This document shows positions 59,965 through 64,000 of a DNA stretch of 64,000 bases, piece after piece. How positions within the stretch are numbered: the stretch's first letter is position 1; each line of letters starts with the position of its first letter. A program made the translations under genes and the position numbers. Under the pieces are notes generated by a model, which was not told the DNA's origin, ran no database searches, and saw only the letters and a program-made list of their open reading frames with translations. Source of the stretch: Pseudomonadota bacterium (GTDB lineage Bacteria; Desulfobacterota; JAPLJL01); the NCBI GenBank assembly GCA_026388655.1, contig JAPLJI010000004.1:1543-65542 (forward strand), written 5' to 3'.

Positions 59965-61164
59965 TTAGTCCAGCTTCATCGTCTTGATCAGTTTCCGAGC
60001 CTTATTCTGATAAAAAATGTTTTCCGCCTCCGCCGGGGGAAGGGATTTGGGATCCTGGCCCAGGACAAATTCCAGGCTCTGCCTGGCTTGGACCGGGTCG
60101 TCGAGCGAAATAGCGCACTCGGCCAGGGCCTGATTGGTTTCCAGATAACCGGGCATGAAGACCGCGGACAGCTTCAGCAACGGAACCACCCGTTCCGGGT
60201 CAAAGCCCAGGATGGGCAAGAATCTCCGGGTGAGCGAACCGGCATAAGCCAGGCAGTAACCGATGTACCGGGAAGACCCCAGATAGAAATAAACCGGCTC
60301 TTCCTGGATGGAGATTTTTACATAATGAAAAATCTCGGGGGCCAGGCGGGCTTGGCGTAGAAATGAACCCTCCTTGGCGTAACGGGCCAGGGAGGCTCCG
60401 GTCCAAAAATTCGCCCCCGCGTGCCGCGGCTTTAATGCCACCGCTTTCACCCCGAATTCATAACCGCGGTGGTAAAGCTTTTCTCTTTCCTCCCTGGTTT
60501 CCCCGTTTTCACCCAGCCAGTAATAAGCCCGGGCCAGCCAGGCATAAGCCGCGAAGGCCTGGGGATCCCCCTGGGTGATCCGCTCCCAGATGTCGATTGC
60601 CCGGCGGGCCTCGTCGAGATTGCCCCTTTTGTCCCAATGAGCCAGGGCTTCCCGGTAAGCCGGAACGCCTTCCGGCACCGGGAGCTCCCTTCCCGCCGGG
60701 ATCTTTTCCGCCAGTTTCTTGATCACCGGGTCGGCCAGGTTGGCCTGGTCGGCGAAACCGATCGCCGAGGAAAGCCAGTAAAGGGCATAGACATTTTCGG
60801 GATCCGCCTGCAAAACCTTCTGGCTATGCCGGCCGGACTCTTTCATGATGCTTATGCCTTTTTTCTCCTGGCTCTCTTTAACCCCCTGGATGAAATAAAC
60901 CCGGGCCAGCCATAATTCGGGCTCGATCTGATCGGGATGATTGGCCGCCAGCTTTTTAAACAACTCCAGCGTCTGATCGATATTCTTGCTTTTCTCCCGC
61001 TTCTCCCAGAAGGAAAGGGCTTCCTTCCAGAGCGGATCATCCTGGCGGGTCGGCGGCTCCGGAACAAAAACCTGTTCGATCACCGCGGCTAGAGCGTCAC
61101 GCTCGCAAACAACCAGGAAGAAGATCGATCCCAGGGCCAGTAATAACTTTTTCATCCGCGTCAT
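59965..61164 (-). CDS. Secreted hypothetical protein with TPR-like helical repeats
   Basis: 399 aa with an N-terminal signal peptide (MTRMKKLLLALGSIFFLVV) and a repetitive helical pattern. Confidence 0.5.
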   Translation of the reverse strand: MTRMKKLLLALGSIFFLVVCERDALAAVIEQVFVPEPPTRQDDPLWKEALSFWEKREKSKNIDQTLELFKKLAANHPDQIEPELWLARVYFIQGVKESQEKKGISIMKESGRHSQKVLQADPENVYALYWLSSAIGFADQANLADPVIKKLAEKIPAGRELPVPEGVPAYREALAHWDKRGNLDEARRAIDIWERITQGDPQAFAAYAWLARAYYWLGENGETREEREKLYHRGYEFGVKAVALKPRHAGANFWTGASLARYAKEGSFLRQARLAPEIFHYVKISIQEEPVYFYLGSSRYIGYCLAYAGSLTRRFLPILGFDPERVVPLLKLSAVFMPGYLETNQALAECAISLDDPVQARQSLEFVLGQDPKSLPPAEAENIFYQNKARKLIKTMKLD

Positions 61165-61177
61165 CGGTTTCCTCCTC

Positions 61178-62038
61178 TTATTTTATCTTCTTGCCATCCG
61201 GCCCGTATTCATAGAAACCCCGGCCGGTCTTGCGCCCCAGCCAGCCTTTTTCCAGCATTTCCTGGATCTGGGGCGGTGGATCGAAACCCAGGACCATGAA
61301 AATCCCCGCCATCACATCCACCCCGGCGCCGTCGATCACCTCAAACGGCCCCGCCGCCCAGCCGTAGCCCAGGCGCATGCCGGTATCGATATCCTCGGGC
61401 GTGCCGATCCCCTCCGAATAACAGCGCAGGGCCTCGAGCGCCGCCGCAAAAAATATCCGGTTCACCAGGAACCCCGGGCTGGGCTTCCTGACCACGACCG
61501 GGGTTTTCCCGACCTTCCGGGCAAAGGCCTTGGCTTCTTCCAGCGTGGCTTCCGAGGTCTCCGGGCCCAGCACCAGTTCGACCAGGGCCATCAGCGGCAC
61601 CGGCCCGAAAAAATGCGTGCCGATGAAACGGTGGGGATTCGGCACTTTTTCTGAAAGCGATTCCATCGGGATGCTCGAGGTATTGGAACTGATCAGCGCG
61701 TCGGGGCGGACGACTTTCACCAGTTCTTCCAGAAGCTCCTGTTTTACCGGGATGCTCTCGTAAACCGCCTCGATCACCAGGTCACAGCCGGCCAGTTCCT
61801 TGAGGCTTTCCGCCTTCCGGACCCGGGCCATCACCTCGTCGGGGTTACCCCCAAAAGTGCCCTTGGCCTTGAGTTTATCCAGGGATCCCCGCATTTTGGA
61901 GAGTGATTTCTCCATGGCTTCCGCCTGGCTGTCGTGAATGAGCACTTCATACCCCGCCATCGCCGACACCTGGGCGATTCCCGTCCCCATGAAACCGGTG
62001 CCGGCCACCCCCACTCTCTTGATTTTCGACTCGCTCAT
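61178..62038 (-). CDS. hbd: 3-hydroxyacyl-CoA / 3-hydroxybutyryl-CoA dehydrogenase
   Basis: 286 aa, NAD motif VGVAGTGFMGTGIA, and the 3HCDH N- and C-domains. Confidence 0.88.
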   Translation of the reverse strand: MSESKIKRVGVAGTGFMGTGIAQVSAMAGYEVLIHDSQAEAMEKSLSKMRGSLDKLKAKGTFGGNPDEVMARVRKAESLKELAGCDLVIEAVYESIPVKQELLEELVKVVRPDALISSNTSSIPMESLSEKVPNPHRFIGTHFFGPVPLMALVELVLGPETSEATLEEAKAFARKVGKTPVVVRKPSPGFLVNRIFFAAALEALRCYSEGIGTPEDIDTGMRLGYGWAAGPFEVIDGAGVDVMAGIFMVLGFDPPPQIQEMLEKGWLGRKTGRGFYEYGPDGKKIK

Positions 62039-62216
62039 TTTTTCCGCTCCCGATTAACTATTGATTTGGTTTCTCTGGTTTCTTTAGTTTCTCTGGTTCT
62101 TTAACCCACCCAACAACCCAGCCACCTAGCTACCCCAAACGCAGGCTGAAGCCTGCGGCTACCTGTAATCGGCTTTTCCTGTCCGCAGTCCGCGTTCGGT
62201 GGTCGGCGGTCAGCAT

Positions 62217-63299
62217 TTATTTGAACTCGATGCTCCCCTTCTCAATCACCTTGGCGGCCTGCTGGATCAGAATCATTGCGCCCATCCCCATGATGGCGAA
62301 CCGGGGATCCTGCGTGTAGCCCTTGGCGAACCGGTAGTAAATCTGCTGGACGATGACCGCTAGCTTGAACAGAGCGAAAGCGAAATAAAAATTTATCCGG
62401 GAGACATCCCGGCCGGTTTTTTCGGCGTAATAATCCACGATTTCCCTGCGTGTGGGCGAGCCCTCCAGGTTGGTCGGCAGCATGCGGACCATCATCAGCT
62501 CTTCGGGATCACCGTCGCGGAGCCAGTAGCTGATGGCCACGCCCAAGTCCAGGAGCGGGTCCCCGATGGTGCTCATCTCCCAGTCCAGGACCCCGATTAT
62601 CCTGGTCAGGTCGTTCGGGTCGAGAACCACGTTATCGAACTTATAATCATTGTGAATAATGGTGGCGGGGGGGGACTCGGGAACATTTTCCCGGCACCAC
62701 TTCACCACCGGGCCCACTTCGGGGATTTCGTCGGTCTTGGCCCTTTCATAGCGGTCCGCCCAACCCTCAACCTGGCGCCGGAGAAAGCCCTCGGGCTTGC
62801 CGATGTCCTGGAGTCCGATGGCCGCCCAGTCAATCGCGTGGATGGCCGCCAGATTGTCAATCAGAGAAAAAGAAAGCCTCCGCATCATAGCTGGGTTTAT
62901 TTCCATCCCCTCGGGCAGATCCTTACGCAGGATTATGCCCTTCTTGCGCTCCATCACGTAGAAAGGCGCGCCCATCACCGAGGCGTCTTCGCAGTAGGCC
63001 AGGGGTTTCGGGGCCGGGGAATATACCTTGCAGAGTTTTGACAGGATCCGATACTCACGGCTCATGTCGTGCCCGGCCTTGATGTCCTTGGCCCCGAAGG
63101 GAGGCCGGCGCAGGACCAGCTCGGTCTCTCCCACCCGGAGAAGATAGGTGAGGTTCGAATGCCCGCTCGGGAACTGTTCGATGACCAGTTCGCCGGTGAG
63201 GCCCGGGACATTCTTCTTCAGGTAATCCCCGACCCGGGGCAGATCCAGCTCCTCGCCCTTCCTGACTTTGCGGGCGGGATCGATGAATGACATTATCAT
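62217..63299 (-). CDS. Phosphotransferase (APH-like kinase) family protein, ACAD10/11-associated type
   Basis: 360 aa with the Brenner motif HNDYKFDNVV and DWEMSTIGDP. It sits next to acyl-CoA dehydrogenase genes. Confidence 0.75.
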   Translation of the reverse strand: MIMSFIDPARKVRKGEELDLPRVGDYLKKNVPGLTGELVIEQFPSGHSNLTYLLRVGETELVLRRPPFGAKDIKAGHDMSREYRILSKLCKVYSPAPKPLAYCEDASVMGAPFYVMERKKGIILRKDLPEGMEINPAMMRRLSFSLIDNLAAIHAIDWAAIGLQDIGKPEGFLRRQVEGWADRYERAKTDEIPEVGPVVKWCRENVPESPPATIIHNDYKFDNVVLDPNDLTRIIGVLDWEMSTIGDPLLDLGVAISYWLRDGDPEELMMVRMLPTNLEGSPTRREIVDYYAEKTGRDVSRINFYFAFALFKLAVIVQQIYYRFAKGYTQDPRFAIMGMGAMILIQQAAKVIEKGSIEFK

Positions 63300-63442
63300 C
63301 CTCCTTATAAGTTTCGGGTTTCGGGTTTCGGGTTTAGAGTTTTGAATTTGAGACTTGGTTATTGGTCATTGTTTGGTTATTGGTGCTTGGTCATTGGGAT
63401 TTGATTAGACATTAGAAATTTGGCATTAGAAATTCCGTCCTA

Positions 63443-64000
63443 TTATTGCGGAGATGGATAATCCCGCATGATCCGTTTGGCCACCACCGACTTGTGCACC
63501 TCGTCCGCGCCATCGTAGATCCGGGCCGCCCGCTCGGCTCTGGCGAAGTATGAAAGGACCGTGTCATCGCTTACCCCCAAGCCCCCGTGCACCTGAATGG
63601 CCCGGTCGATCACTTTCTGCATTATGGGCGCGACGAAAAACTTGATCAGGGAGATCTCTTCCCGGGCCGCGTACAAACCCTCGGTCTCGATTTTCCAGGC
63701 CGCGTGCAGGATCATTAGTTTCGCCGCGTGGATCTCGGCCCGGCTCTCGGCGATCCAGGCCTGGATGATCTGCTTTTCGGAGAGATATTTCTTTCCGATC
63801 TTCCGCTCCGCCGCCCGCCGGCACATCATCTCGAAGCTCCGGTTGCAGACCCCTATCCAGCGCATGCAGTGGTGGATCCGTCCCGGGCCCAGCCGATCCT
63901 GGGCGATGACAAAGCCGTTCCCCTCCGGCCCCAGCAGGTTGGAGAGCGGCACCCGGCAGTTCTCGTACATGATTTCCCCGTGACTGGCGTAATCGTCGCC
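63443..64000 (-). CDS. Acyl-CoA dehydrogenase, C-terminal part (N-terminus lies beyond the window end)
   Basis: ACAD C-terminal domain (RIYDGADEVHKSVVAKRIM). The ORF is open to the window edge. Confidence 0.75.
   Translation of the reverse strand, partial: GDDYASHGEIMYENCRVPLSNLLGPEGNGFVIAQDRLGPGRIHHCMRWIGVCNRSFEMMCRRAAERKIGKKYLSEKQIIQAWIAESRAEIHAAKLMILHAAWKIETEGLYAAREEISLIKFFVAPIMQKVIDRAIQVHGGLGVSDDTVLSYFARAERAARIYDGADEVHKSVVAKRIMRDYPSPQ

Overview
This is a high-GC bacterial chromosomal segment of about 60 genes, mostly housekeeping and metabolic, with intergenic regions unusually dense in short repeat families. Recognised genes include the gap-pgk glycolytic pair with a consensus sigma70 promoter, the rmlA/C/B/D dTDP-rhamnose genes, trmJ, sppA, uvrD/pcrA, a PEP-synthase-like enzyme, arfB, kamA with two ATP-grasp ligases and a GNAT, hbd, several acyl-CoA dehydrogenases, an Old Yellow Enzyme reductase, two CrtI-like FAD oxidoreductases, and RNase P RNA (rnpB) at about 34364-34741.

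The most notable signal is the nucleotide signature of a diversity-generating retroelement (DGR). A 116-nt AAC-rich template repeat (4869-4984) and the 3' end of an FGE/C-type-lectin-fold secreted protein gene (variable repeat, 5686-5801) are identical except for about 17 substitutions. Every substitution falls on a coding-strand adenine of the template. No reverse transcriptase or avd gene is present anywhere in the 64 kb. Instead, a REP-associated tyrosine transposase (RAYT) with flanking GTAG-type REP palindromes sits between the variable and template repeats. Copies of the same REP family are scattered through the window.

Other observations worth a second look:
- a second palindromic repeat family (GTCATTCCCGCGAAAGCGGGAATCCAG), including a 4 x 36-bp tandem array;
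- pervasive low-complexity intergenic repeats;
- three paralogues of an unusual Cys-rich Fe-S protein carrying a CFCC(E/H)CCC motif, embedded among the CrtI-like oxidoreductases;
- a kamA/ATP-grasp/GNAT cluster;
- two decayed genes, an abfD with an internal deletion and a truncated NAD-dependent epimerase;
- a 70-bp direct repeat pair flanking the OYE reductase;
- a compositionally atypical islet carrying a PD40 beta-propeller lipoprotein.
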